Both the position numbers and the translations under genes were made by a program. Source: an uncultured Anaerolineales bacterium (GTDB lineage Bacteria; Chloroflexota; Anaerolineae; Anaerolineales; UBA11858). Taken from it: DNA of 64,000 nucleotides. Positions 54,461 to 63,417 of the stretch are shown in pieces (within the stretch, counting starts at the first letter, position 1; each line of letters opens with the position of its first letter). The notes beneath the pieces are model-generated. The model was not told where the DNA came from. It made no database searches and saw nothing but the letters and a program-made list of their open reading frames with translations. The stretch lies in NCBI GenBank assembly GCA_964406305.1, contig CAYORF010000001.1, positions 12,819 through 76,818 of the forward strand, written 5' to 3'.

Positions 54461-56566
54461 TTATTCTATCCGGACCCGCACGTCCACAGCAGCAGCGCCT
54501 TTCCCGGCTGGGAAAATCCGCAGAGGATTGATCTCGATCTCAGCGAACTGAGGAAAGTCATTCGCAAATTGGGCTAGACGGATCATCACATCCCGCACGG
54601 CCTTTATATCGGCAGGTGGGATATTCCTGTATCCTTCCAGTTTGCGGCCGGCCCAAGTTTTCTGAAGCATATAATCTATTTCTATTTTAGTTATGGGTGC
54701 TAGGCCGAAGGATAGATCTTTTAACCCTTCAACTTCAGTACCCCCCGAACCAAACATCATGACCGGGCCAAATTGTGGATCCTGAACTACCCCCAGGATC
54801 ACTTCTTGACCCAGGGGAACCATTTCCTGGACATAGACGCCTGTAATCTTGGCATCAGGTAGGGCGGCCTTCGCCTGGCTGGTGATCGTTTGATAACCGC
54901 CCCTGACAGATTTTTCATCAGCTAGATTTAACAGCACCCCGCCCACATCCGTTTTATGGCTGATATCCGGGGAGGCGACCTTAAGAACGACCGGCATACC
55001 AATTTCTGCGGCCAAGGCAGCGGCTTCTTCCTCATCCTTCGCCAGAGTCATTTTAGCTGTGGGAATCCCGTAGGCCTCCATTATTTGGGCGATCACTGGT
55101 CCGCTAAGATGGTTGTTTTGAATATTTTCCTTGATCAATTCCCTAACCAGATCTGTCTGAATATCCTGGCGAATGACAGGCTCCGCAGAAGCATATTCGA
55201 GCAAGCCAACTCTTTTTACTAGTGCAGCCAGTGCAGCTGCTGCACGCTCTGGAAAACGGTATTCCGGTATTCGGGCAGCCCGCAGATGTTCCACTGCTTC
55301 CTGGATCAATCGATCTCCCATGACAGAGATAACGACTGGTTTTTTGGCCTGGTGAATGATTGGGATCATAGCTTTGGCAACTGCGCCTGCTGTATACATG
55401 GGTGGTGTGGGAAAGATCACCATCACACTGTCCGTTCCAGGATCAGCCAGCAGAACCCTCAAGCAATCCGCAAATTGGATTGGCCCAGCAGCCGCAAGCA
55501 TATCCACTGGGTTATGCAAACTGGCAGCTGAAGGCAAGATCTTCTGGAGATCAGAGATAGTATCCGGGCTGAAACTTGCCATTTTCAATCCCCTGGATTC
55601 AAGGGCATCTGCAGCGGTCACACCGGGACCGCCTGCATTCGTAAGTACAGCCACGCGGTTGCCTTCTGGCAAGGGACACCAGGCTAGAGCTCTGGCCTGG
55701 TCGAACAATTCCTCGCTGGTTTCTGCCCGTAGGACTCCCGCCCGACGGAAGACAGCGTTATAGGCGCTTTCCTCGCCGGATAAAGCCCCGGTATGGGAGG
55801 CAGCTGCTCTTTGTCCGGCTTCGAACCTCCCAACTTTGAGGGCAATGATCGGCGTGTTCGGAACAACAGCACGGGCCTCATGAACAAAGCGCCGACCAGA
55901 TTTGATCCCTTCCAGATAGAGTGCGATCACATTTGTGTGCCCATCAGCTGCTGTAGGAACAAGCAAGTCGGTTTCTGTGACATCGGCCTGGTTTCCGAGG
56001 CTGATCAATCTGGAAATACCGTACCCCTGACCGCGGGCCCAATCAATGGCAGCTGCGCAGATCGCGCCAGAATGGGACAGAAATGCCACATCACCGGGAT
56101 TCGGACCTGGCGGAGGAAGAAAGGTAGTGTCCAACGGCAAGTGAGTATCCAGAAGACCAATACAGTTCGGGCCGAGCAGGCGGATGCCTTCTTCTTTCGC
56201 AACCTTCAGCATTTCCTGTTCCAGCGCTAAGCCTTCAGGCCCGATCTCTCTGAAACCACCAGCGCCTATAATGGCTGCTTTAATACCGCGCTTTCCACAT
56301 TCCCGCAGAGTGGGAATAACGAATTTTGAAGGAATAAGAACTGCAGCCAGATCTACTGGATCAGGTACATCCAAAACAGACTCATAAATGGTTTTGCCAA
56401 GCAGTGTGCCGCCTTTTAAGTTCACAAAATGAATGGCGCCTTTATAACCGCTTCTGTTGAGATTAGTTGCCAGGAGGTAGCCCAGCTTGGTCGGATCCTG
56501 GGAGGCGCCAATTACTGCAACACCTTTGGGATCAAAAAAGGGGGTCAGGGATGTTTTATCTGTCAT
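54461..56566 (-). CDS. ADP-forming acetyl-CoA synthetase / acyl-CoA synthetase (fused alpha-beta; CoA-binding plus ATP-grasp)
   Basis: 701 aa. It has the N-terminal CoA-binding block PKGVAVIGAS, the succinyl-CoA-synthetase-like blocks GPNCIG and SHSGA, and a C-terminal ATP-grasp. Confidence 0.85.
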   Translation of the reverse strand: MTDKTSLTPFFDPKGVAVIGASQDPTKLGYLLATNLNRSGYKGAIHFVNLKGGTLLGKTIYESVLDVPDPVDLAAVLIPSKFVIPTLRECGKRGIKAAIIGAGGFREIGPEGLALEQEMLKVAKEEGIRLLGPNCIGLLDTHLPLDTTFLPPPGPNPGDVAFLSHSGAICAAAIDWARGQGYGISRLISLGNQADVTETDLLVPTAADGHTNVIALYLEGIKSGRRFVHEARAVVPNTPIIALKVGRFEAGQRAAASHTGALSGEESAYNAVFRRAGVLRAETSEELFDQARALAWCPLPEGNRVAVLTNAGGPGVTAADALESRGLKMASFSPDTISDLQKILPSAASLHNPVDMLAAAGPIQFADCLRVLLADPGTDSVMVIFPTPPMYTAGAVAKAMIPIIHQAKKPVVISVMGDRLIQEAVEHLRAARIPEYRFPERAAAALAALVKRVGLLEYASAEPVIRQDIQTDLVRELIKENIQNNHLSGPVIAQIMEAYGIPTAKMTLAKDEEEAAALAAEIGMPVVLKVASPDISHKTDVGGVLLNLADEKSVRGGYQTITSQAKAALPDAKITGVYVQEMVPLGQEVILGVVQDPQFGPVMMFGSGGTEVEGLKDLSFGLAPITKIEIDYMLQKTWAGRKLEGYRNIPPADIKAVRDVMIRLAQFANDFPQFAEIEINPLRIFPAGKGAAAVDVRVRIE

Positions 56567-56583
56567 AGTACAGATTGTAACCT

Positions 56584-56614
56584 AAAGAAATCCCCCGGAA
56601 TTACCCGGGGGATT
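56584..56614 (-). terminator. rho-independent terminator after the HD-GYP gene
   Basis: AATCCCCCGG - 6-nt loop - CCGGGGGATT, followed on the minus strand by TTCTTT. Confidence 0.65.
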
Positions 56615-56651
56615 AGTGTGGTTTGAATATAGTCGGAAGAGTTTGGAACAA

Positions 56652-59108
56652 TTATCCAGTAATAGTCTTGCAGAATACATCAACAATCATGGGATCAAAC
56701 TGGGTCCCACTGGCTCGGCGTAGTTCGGCGATGGCTTCTTCATGGGTATGAGCTTCACTGTATACCCGCTCATCCCTGATGGCTACATATGCATCCACAA
56801 CAGCCAGGATCCGGGAACCGAGTGGTATATCGTTTCCTTCTAACCCGTATGGATAGCCAGTGCCGTCAAATTTCTCATGATGGGCCCGGATGATGGGTGA
56901 AACAGGGGCCAGATATTTAATCGGTTCGACTATTTGAGCCCCTGTAAAAGGATGCTCCTTCATGATGATCCATTCCTTTTTTGTGAGCGATCCTTTCTTA
57001 TTCAGAATCTGATCTGGGACACCAATTTTTCCGATGTCATGTAAAATACCAGCCCAATGCAGGATTTCAATATCCCGGGTAGAAAGTCCCATTGCTAATC
57101 CAATTCGGGACGCCATATCAGCCATTCTCTGGCTGTGGTCGCCAGTGTAACTGTCCCGGGCATCCATGGCGTTAGCGAGAGAAATGACAGTTTGTAGGAA
57201 ATTTTCTTCCAATTTATTATGCAACATTGCCCGTTGAATGGAACTTGAGGCATAGTCTGCTATAGCATTAATCAATCTTAGCTGGGAAGGTGTAAATGGA
57301 GCTGTTTCTCTGCTGTGGAATTCTCCAAGGATGAGGAGACCAATTTTGCCATCGGCGCTTATTAAAGGGCAGATGCATAAAGTCCTTGCAAAATTTATGA
57401 ATATGGCTTGTTTTTCTTCAGCTTGCCAGTCTGGATCGTTAATATCTATTACAACAATTTTTTCATCATCAAGAACCATATCATAGTAATGTTCAGCGAC
57501 TATTGGCTCAACATTTCCATATCGAAGTGGATCCATAAGATTTTTGATTGGATATATAGACTGACAATAATAATCTCCGTTATCATCCCTTATTAATATC
57601 CTGGCATATGTAATTTGAACACTTTCAACAGAGTGTTTAGTAATAATGTTTAATATGGTTTCCAAATCATCTGTATCAACAAGCTGATTGGATAGGTTGT
57701 AAAGAGTGTCGATTTCTTTCCGTCTACTCTGTTCTGCAGTATATAACCGTGCGGTTTCGATTGCAGCAGCCGTTTGATTAGCGACTGTTGTGAGGGTTAT
57801 TATTTCCTCAGAACTATATGGTTGTTCAGAGCGTTTGGGTCCCAGAATGAATATTCCAACTAATTGGGATTGCACTTTGATAGGAATGAATAATTTTGCC
57901 CTCATATCTTTCAAGAGTTGTCTTTCACTTTTCCAAAGAGATTGAAATTGCGGAAGAACTTCCATATCGTGATGGCTGATAGGATGATTTCGGTTGAAAA
58001 ACCAAAGAACTAGGGGGTGTCCCTGCCTGAATGAGTGGTTTCCAATATCATCTAATCCGATCTGGGTTGTCAGTTGGAACACTCCCGTATCTTCATCTCT
58101 GAAGAAAAACGCGGCGTCTGGAAGGTGCAAAGTAGTCGCGACTTCCGATAAAATCATGTTTGTGATTTTATATAGATCCAATGTAGAAGTAGTTTGGCTG
58201 CTCAATTTTTGAAGCATGACCTGGGAATCATATTTCTCTCTGAAGAACAGGCGGTCAATGATTGCCTGAGCCCGAACTCTAAAAGGTTCGGCTAGCAAAG
58301 CAGTAAGAACCGCCACAACCAGTGAGGTTAAGAAGATCTCTGCTTTGGAAAATAGGCCGAAGATATTAATAAACAAGGTGATGATCAAGAAGTAGGCTGT
58401 ACCTATTATTACAGTAGGGATAGAGTAAAGCATACCCTGGCGAATAACAATTCGGATATCCAGCAGCTGGTACCTTAAGATTGCATAAATAAGCAAAAGG
58501 GCACCTATGCTATTGGCCACGATATCAAAAGGATATCCCCCGAGGACAGGTATAAAATTGATAATGGAACCAATAATCATCAACAGAACGCCAAGGATTA
58601 TGTACAACAAGCGGTTTCTTTGAACTGGATCCCTTGATTTTTGGTGGAAGCGAACGAGGGCGATTAGACTTATTATGATTAAGATATATCCAGGTCCGGC
58701 GACTATTGCCGTGGTTTCAGCGAAATCATAGACAACAACCCCGTCAATTACTGAGACCGACTCAGTTAAAAGGTTCGTAAATATACTGAGTCCTATCATA
58801 ATCACGCTAAAGATGAAGACCGCGGTCCCCCGCCAATTTTCAACTTTGATTGTGGCTCTGGTGAACATGTAAATGCTCAGCATGGCACTAAGACCGGCGC
58901 CGGACATCATTCGGAACCAGAATACAGCCCTGGTTTGATCTGTATACAACAAGAATGCACAAAACGACCAGAGGGCCATAGAAAACAGGTACCACCGGAA
59001 CGCTTTGTGTATTTTGGTCTGGGGTTTCGAAACGGTAACTACTATATACAGTCCTGTATATAGTAGGAACGCCAAGCCTGAAATTACTGTAACTATAGCA
59101 AGAACCAT
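56652..59108 (-). CDS. multi-TM sensor protein with two GAF domains and a C-terminal HD-GYP domain (c-di-GMP phosphodiesterase type)
   Basis: 818 aa. It has about 7 N-terminal TM segments and two GAF-like regions. The HD-GYP blocks are GILHDIGKIGVPDQIL and HHEKFDGTGYPYGL. Confidence 0.85.
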   Translation of the reverse strand: MVLAIVTVISGLAFLLYTGLYIVVTVSKPQTKIHKAFRWYLFSMALWSFCAFLLYTDQTRAVFWFRMMSGAGLSAMLSIYMFTRATIKVENWRGTAVFIFSVIMIGLSIFTNLLTESVSVIDGVVVYDFAETTAIVAGPGYILIIISLIALVRFHQKSRDPVQRNRLLYIILGVLLMIIGSIINFIPVLGGYPFDIVANSIGALLLIYAILRYQLLDIRIVIRQGMLYSIPTVIIGTAYFLIITLFINIFGLFSKAEIFLTSLVVAVLTALLAEPFRVRAQAIIDRLFFREKYDSQVMLQKLSSQTTSTLDLYKITNMILSEVATTLHLPDAAFFFRDEDTGVFQLTTQIGLDDIGNHSFRQGHPLVLWFFNRNHPISHHDMEVLPQFQSLWKSERQLLKDMRAKLFIPIKVQSQLVGIFILGPKRSEQPYSSEEIITLTTVANQTAAAIETARLYTAEQSRRKEIDTLYNLSNQLVDTDDLETILNIITKHSVESVQITYARILIRDDNGDYYCQSIYPIKNLMDPLRYGNVEPIVAEHYYDMVLDDEKIVVIDINDPDWQAEEKQAIFINFARTLCICPLISADGKIGLLILGEFHSRETAPFTPSQLRLINAIADYASSSIQRAMLHNKLEENFLQTVISLANAMDARDSYTGDHSQRMADMASRIGLAMGLSTRDIEILHWAGILHDIGKIGVPDQILNKKGSLTKKEWIIMKEHPFTGAQIVEPIKYLAPVSPIIRAHHEKFDGTGYPYGLEGNDIPLGSRILAVVDAYVAIRDERVYSEAHTHEEAIAELRRASGTQFDPMIVDVFCKTITG

Positions 59109-59109
59109 A

Positions 59110-60720
59110 CTACCCTTTTACTTTTTTATCTCCCAGTAGCTTTTTCATCTGATCCTGTGTGGGTTTCATATGGGGCGGCTTGGTATGTGCGAGATCAGCA
59201 CCCTGACTTTGCTGGTAATCCATATACATTCCAAAAGCTCCCGGATTAAGCATCGATATTGTAAGCGCCGTGTAACCAAGCATCTTTTCTAGATCGTCGT
59301 AATCTGAATTTATTTCCCTTAAGGCAGTGCTGATTTGCTTTTCAACTTTCTTTGTGTCCAGATCAGTTACAGATTTTAGCTCAATGAAAAGTCGTAAATA
59401 TGTTTTATTATCTTTGATCTCTTTTCGCGCAACCCATTCGTAGTAATCAAGGTCGGTTTTTTCCAGAGCTAGCCAAATATCTTTTTCTGTGATCAAGGAA
59501 AATCCTGCAAGATTTATGATATCGCTATCTCTGGAATAGAACTGAACCTGCGGGAGGTCAATATCCAACTCATCATCTCTCAGTGAGATTACCTCAAAAA
59601 GATCGCCAATCCGGTAGCGTGTAAAGATTCCCCCATGGAAGTTTGTGAATACCAGCTCATAAATCCCTGGCTCTAATTCGTTATAAAGTACTGTTTTTGG
59701 CTGATAATCCGGATCTTCTTTGTTCTTCTTGTGTTCCTCATGAGGAATAAATTCCAAAAAGTCGTTTTCAGGGAAAAATGTCATTCCCTTGTAATTCCAG
59801 GCTTGCATACACAAAGATCCACCTTCAGTGCAAGCGTACCCTTCCAGTGGTTTTTTACCCCAATAGTATTCAATTTGCTTTTTATAAATGGAAGCATCTA
59901 CTCCGCCGGTCATAATACCTTTCAGTTTCCAGATATCTTTCGGTAGAACTTTTCCGCCTTTTAATTTTGCGGTAAAGTAACCTTTCATCAATCTCCAAAG
60001 TACGTCTGGTCGGAGCATTTTTGCCGTGATTTTTACTGAACCGGAACCTTTTTCAAATTGTTCACCAATTCCAACCAATATGCTCGCAAGTCCGTAGAAA
60101 AAATCCAAGCCTTCAACCATGGCTAACTTAAATCCAGATTGAATTCGGTCTCGAAAACCCATTTGATCACCCTCTTCGAGTGAAGGAAGGAATCTCAGTT
60201 TCATTTGTTCATTTGCGCTGTTAGTAATTTCTCCAGATACGTAGGGTGTTGGAGCTGTTGCCAATAGAACGGTATCGTAAGGCTCTAATAGAACCTCGCC
60301 CTTTTTTGTACAAGAGGCTAAGATCATGGAACCGGTAACAGACTCGCCAAGACGGTCATACATCTTTTTGCTATATGGAGCCCATTTCCATCTAAAAGAA
60401 CCACTCCTTCCAGAAGTGTGCGCCCAGGCAACCGGTTCGCGAGGAAGAACATCAGTTCTCTTTTCATCAAGATGCTCGTGATAATCTTGATATGTCGTAA
60501 GGGGCACATTCTTGCGGAACTCTTCTACAGTTTTTGGAATTTTATCACCCATCAACATACGCCCCATCATGCAGCTTCCTAATAATTTGATCTGTTCCAT
60601 GAGCAGGCGTTCCTGAATTTCCATGAATTCATCTATACTCAGATCAAGGAAACCCAAATACTTCGTCCAGATTTCCTTCTGTCGGCCTTGTTCAAGCATG
60701 GTATTCAGGTCAGTCATCAT
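59110..60720 (-). CDS. GH3-family (acyl-acid amido synthetase-like) adenylate-forming enzyme
   Basis: 536 aa with three adenylation-type motifs in GH3 order: HTSGRSGSFRWKW (P-loop-like), GYACTEGG and YRIGDLFEV. Confidence 0.65.
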   Translation of the reverse strand: MMTDLNTMLEQGRQKEIWTKYLGFLDLSIDEFMEIQERLLMEQIKLLGSCMMGRMLMGDKIPKTVEEFRKNVPLTTYQDYHEHLDEKRTDVLPREPVAWAHTSGRSGSFRWKWAPYSKKMYDRLGESVTGSMILASCTKKGEVLLEPYDTVLLATAPTPYVSGEITNSANEQMKLRFLPSLEEGDQMGFRDRIQSGFKLAMVEGLDFFYGLASILVGIGEQFEKGSGSVKITAKMLRPDVLWRLMKGYFTAKLKGGKVLPKDIWKLKGIMTGGVDASIYKKQIEYYWGKKPLEGYACTEGGSLCMQAWNYKGMTFFPENDFLEFIPHEEHKKNKEDPDYQPKTVLYNELEPGIYELVFTNFHGGIFTRYRIGDLFEVISLRDDELDIDLPQVQFYSRDSDIINLAGFSLITEKDIWLALEKTDLDYYEWVARKEIKDNKTYLRLFIELKSVTDLDTKKVEKQISTALREINSDYDDLEKMLGYTALTISMLNPGAFGMYMDYQQSQGADLAHTKPPHMKPTQDQMKKLLGDKKVKG

Positions 60721-61445
60721 TCCTCCAGACTATAAGTTGCTTGGATTGTCAAAGGTTCCGGGATCCAACGGTATTTTGAGGAAAGTTTGGTTATTTTGAT
60801 TTCCTCAAATCCCGCTTTTATCAATTCTTCATTCCAACCTTCAGGTGTTCTTGTGTTGCTTATTGCGACTGATTCTGCCCAGGCACGAGCAGGGTTTTTT
60901 TGTAATAGAAAGTATATAAAAATTATCACTCTGGTGATGCCGCGAATAACAGGCAATTCCCAGAAAGGAGACATGCCTACGTCAATAAATGATAATAAAC
61001 CACCGGGCTTTAGAACCCGTCTTTTTTCGGACAGCATAAGGGAAATATTCATATGATGAGAAGCCAAACCTGAAAGCACTACATCGAATGACTGCCCGGA
61101 AAAGGGAAGAGCCATCGCATCACCACAAATCAAACTGATAAACGCTTGTTTTTCTTCCTTGTGTATTTTTTCTTTGCCTTTCCTGAGCATTTCTTCGGTG
61201 ATATCCAGACCAGCGATGTGAACCCCCGAGATATTTCCGGCAGCAATTTTTCTGGGGATTATAGAAGTTCCGGTAGCGATATCAAGGATTTTTTGGCCTT
61301 CCTTGATAGGAGTTCTTATTACTAGTTCATCTAAAAACCTCTGGTAACTCCAACCCCAGAATTTGTTTAATTCCCAATCAATCGCATCTTCATAATGGGA
61401 AGAAAGTTCATTAAATGTTTCTTTGATGGCCTGTTTTTCTCTCAT
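60717..61445 (-). CDS. class I SAM-dependent methyltransferase (UbiE/COQ5-like)
   Basis: Motif I is ILDIATGTSIIP, plus the blocks GDAMALPF and LKPGGLL. The stop overlaps the GH3 start (ATGA). Confidence 0.8.
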   Translation of the reverse strand: MREKQAIKETFNELSSHYEDAIDWELNKFWGWSYQRFLDELVIRTPIKEGQKILDIATGTSIIPRKIAAGNISGVHIAGLDITEEMLRKGKEKIHKEEKQAFISLICGDAMALPFSGQSFDVVLSGLASHHMNISLMLSEKRRVLKPGGLLSFIDVGMSPFWELPVIRGITRVIIFIYFLLQKNPARAWAESVAISNTRTPEGWNEELIKAGFEEIKITKLSSKYRWIPEPLTIQATYSLEE

Positions 61446-61556
61446 ATTTCCTTGAATTTTTTTCCCAACTAAAAGACTCGATTATTAGCTATGATGTAAT
61501 TAATAAACAAAGCTGATTATACTCTTCTTTATTAATGTGTTTTTCTCAAAAGATTT

Positions 61557-62324
61557 CTAGATATAAAATCTATCTTTATCTACTTCCACCCTCAGAATCC
61601 GCAGCTCTTCAGCGCTAGGGGGTGGGTTTTCTGTGATCTCGCGAGCCAGTAAAAGTTCAAATCCAGTGTTCTCCAGGACCTGTTCAACGCTTATCCCGGG
61701 CTGAACCGATAATAGTTTCATGCGCTTCTTGTCCTCGTCATAGCCAAGGATTCCCAGGGTAGTTACAACTCTATAAGGACCGGTTCCGGGAGGCAGCCCG
61801 GCTTTTTCCCTGGCTCCCGGGCCGGAAAGATAACCTGGGGTGGTAATGAAATCCACTTTTTCCACGAAGCGCAGCTTATCATGTTTCATGATCGCAATTG
61901 TCCGCCAGCAATGTGAGCCAACATCATTGCCTCCACCGCTTCCAGGTAGGCGCACCTTCGGGTGATCGTGGTCGCCGATCACTGTTGAGTTCAGGTTGCC
62001 ATAGGGATCGATCTGGGCCCCGCCTAAGAAACCGTAATCCACAAAACCTCTCTGGGCCGTTTCTACAACATCCAGAATTCCAGAAGCAGCCAGGGCTTTA
62101 TGAAAGGTCCTCCGTTCGCCAACAGCGAGCGGAAGTTCTTCCAGGATGGCGCCTGTCCCTCCAAACTCAAAAATACTTATTAAGTTAGGAGCATGCATTT
62201 TTTGTGCCAAAGCCCCTGCCAACATGGGAATACCTGTGCCGATGAAGACCGTGGAATTGTCCTCCATTAGTCTGGAGGCCGAGCAAATCATTAACTCGTT
62301 GGGGTTGTAATTGGGTTCAGTCAT
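61557..62324 (-). CDS. CoA-transferase subunit B (glutaconate CoA-transferase GctB-like)
   Basis: 255 aa with the blocks FIGTGIP, GGAQID and GSGGGND. Its start overlaps the stop codon of the subunit A gene (ATGA, 62321-62324). Confidence 0.85.
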   Translation of the reverse strand: MTEPNYNPNELMICSASRLMEDNSTVFIGTGIPMLAGALAQKMHAPNLISIFEFGGTGAILEELPLAVGERRTFHKALAASGILDVVETAQRGFVDYGFLGGAQIDPYGNLNSTVIGDHDHPKVRLPGSGGGNDVGSHCWRTIAIMKHDKLRFVEKVDFITTPGYLSGPGAREKAGLPPGTGPYRVVTTLGILGYDEDKKRMKLLSVQPGISVEQVLENTGFELLLAREITENPPPSAEELRILRVEVDKDRFYI

Positions 62325-63298
62325 TTGGAAACCTCCGGGACCATATCCTTAATTTCCTGCAGTCGCTCACTGCCGATCAAATCCAGATAGGCCTGGTGGT
62401 CTTTCAGATCATAGATGTATTTTTGAAGATAGGCCTGGGTTGTTTCTGGATCTTTGGAGGCCTCCACCCAGGATTTGATATGGGGTTCGTCTCTCTCATA
62501 AACATAGCACATCTCCCCTGGATGCGATCCAAAGGGAGCTTCAATTACAACATCTACCAAATAGTAGGGAATGATGGTCTGGTCGGGACGTTGGCGAATC
62601 TCTTCCGTTGGAATGATTTCTTCAGTACTGATCAGTAACCGCTTGGAAGCCCGGGCCAGCTCAGAGGCAAAACCGCTGATCCCGTCGATTTGGCAGTTGC
62701 CGAATTTGTCTGCCCGATGTACGTGTATTAATCCCACATCCAGGATCAAAGCCGGCAGCAAGGCGATCGGCTCGCCGGTAAATGGGTCTTCTACCACCTT
62801 GGCTGCACTGTATTTCAGAGTATCTGTGCCGAGCATGGATCTGGTCGGTATAAAGGGCACTCCCATAGCAGCGGCTTTAAAACGCCAGGCAATGGCGGCA
62901 TTGCTCCATTCTACACAGTGTTCTACCCTTCCGCTTTCCACTTCCCTTCGCAGACAATTGGAAAGTCCGTAAACTTCCATACCGATATAAGTATGGTCAA
63001 GTGCTTTGATCAATCCGGCACCCAATAACAGGTCCAGCTCATAAACTCCCTGGCCAGCCACCCGGAGTTCCTTTTTCCCCTGGCGAATGACTTCGTTGAC
63101 CAATGACTGCGGGCAGCGGACTGTGCCATACAGCTCTGTGCCGATATAATCGCCGTCATTGATGAATTTGGCTACCGCCTCCTTTTCAGTCATCCGTTTG
63201 TCTATCAGACCACGGGGTTTAGATCGATTGTGCTCCCGGAAGTCATTCATATCGGGGGGCTGCAGCATAACCCCTTTGCCAGATGAGATCACCTTCAT
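62321..63298 (-). CDS. CoA-transferase subunit A (glutaconate CoA-transferase GctA-like)
   Basis: 325 aa. The C-terminal blocks IHVHRADKFGN, PFGSHPG and YIYDLKDHQAYLDLIG are collinear with Acidaminococcus GctA as I recall it. Confidence 0.85.
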   Translation of the reverse strand: MKVISSGKGVMLQPPDMNDFREHNRSKPRGLIDKRMTEKEAVAKFINDGDYIGTELYGTVRCPQSLVNEVIRQGKKELRVAGQGVYELDLLLGAGLIKALDHTYIGMEVYGLSNCLRREVESGRVEHCVEWSNAAIAWRFKAAAMGVPFIPTRSMLGTDTLKYSAAKVVEDPFTGEPIALLPALILDVGLIHVHRADKFGNCQIDGISGFASELARASKRLLISTEEIIPTEEIRQRPDQTIIPYYLVDVVIEAPFGSHPGEMCYVYERDEPHIKSWVEASKDPETTQAYLQKYIYDLKDHQAYLDLIGSERLQEIKDMVPEVSK

Positions 63299-63417
63299 GT
63301 ATAGATCCTCCTTGATTTGCAGGAATATCTGTTAGGCATCTTTACAGCGTGCAGGATTACCACCAAACTGCCAATATTTTGAGTTGTATGGTTATTTCTT
63401 ACATCAAGATGCAATGA

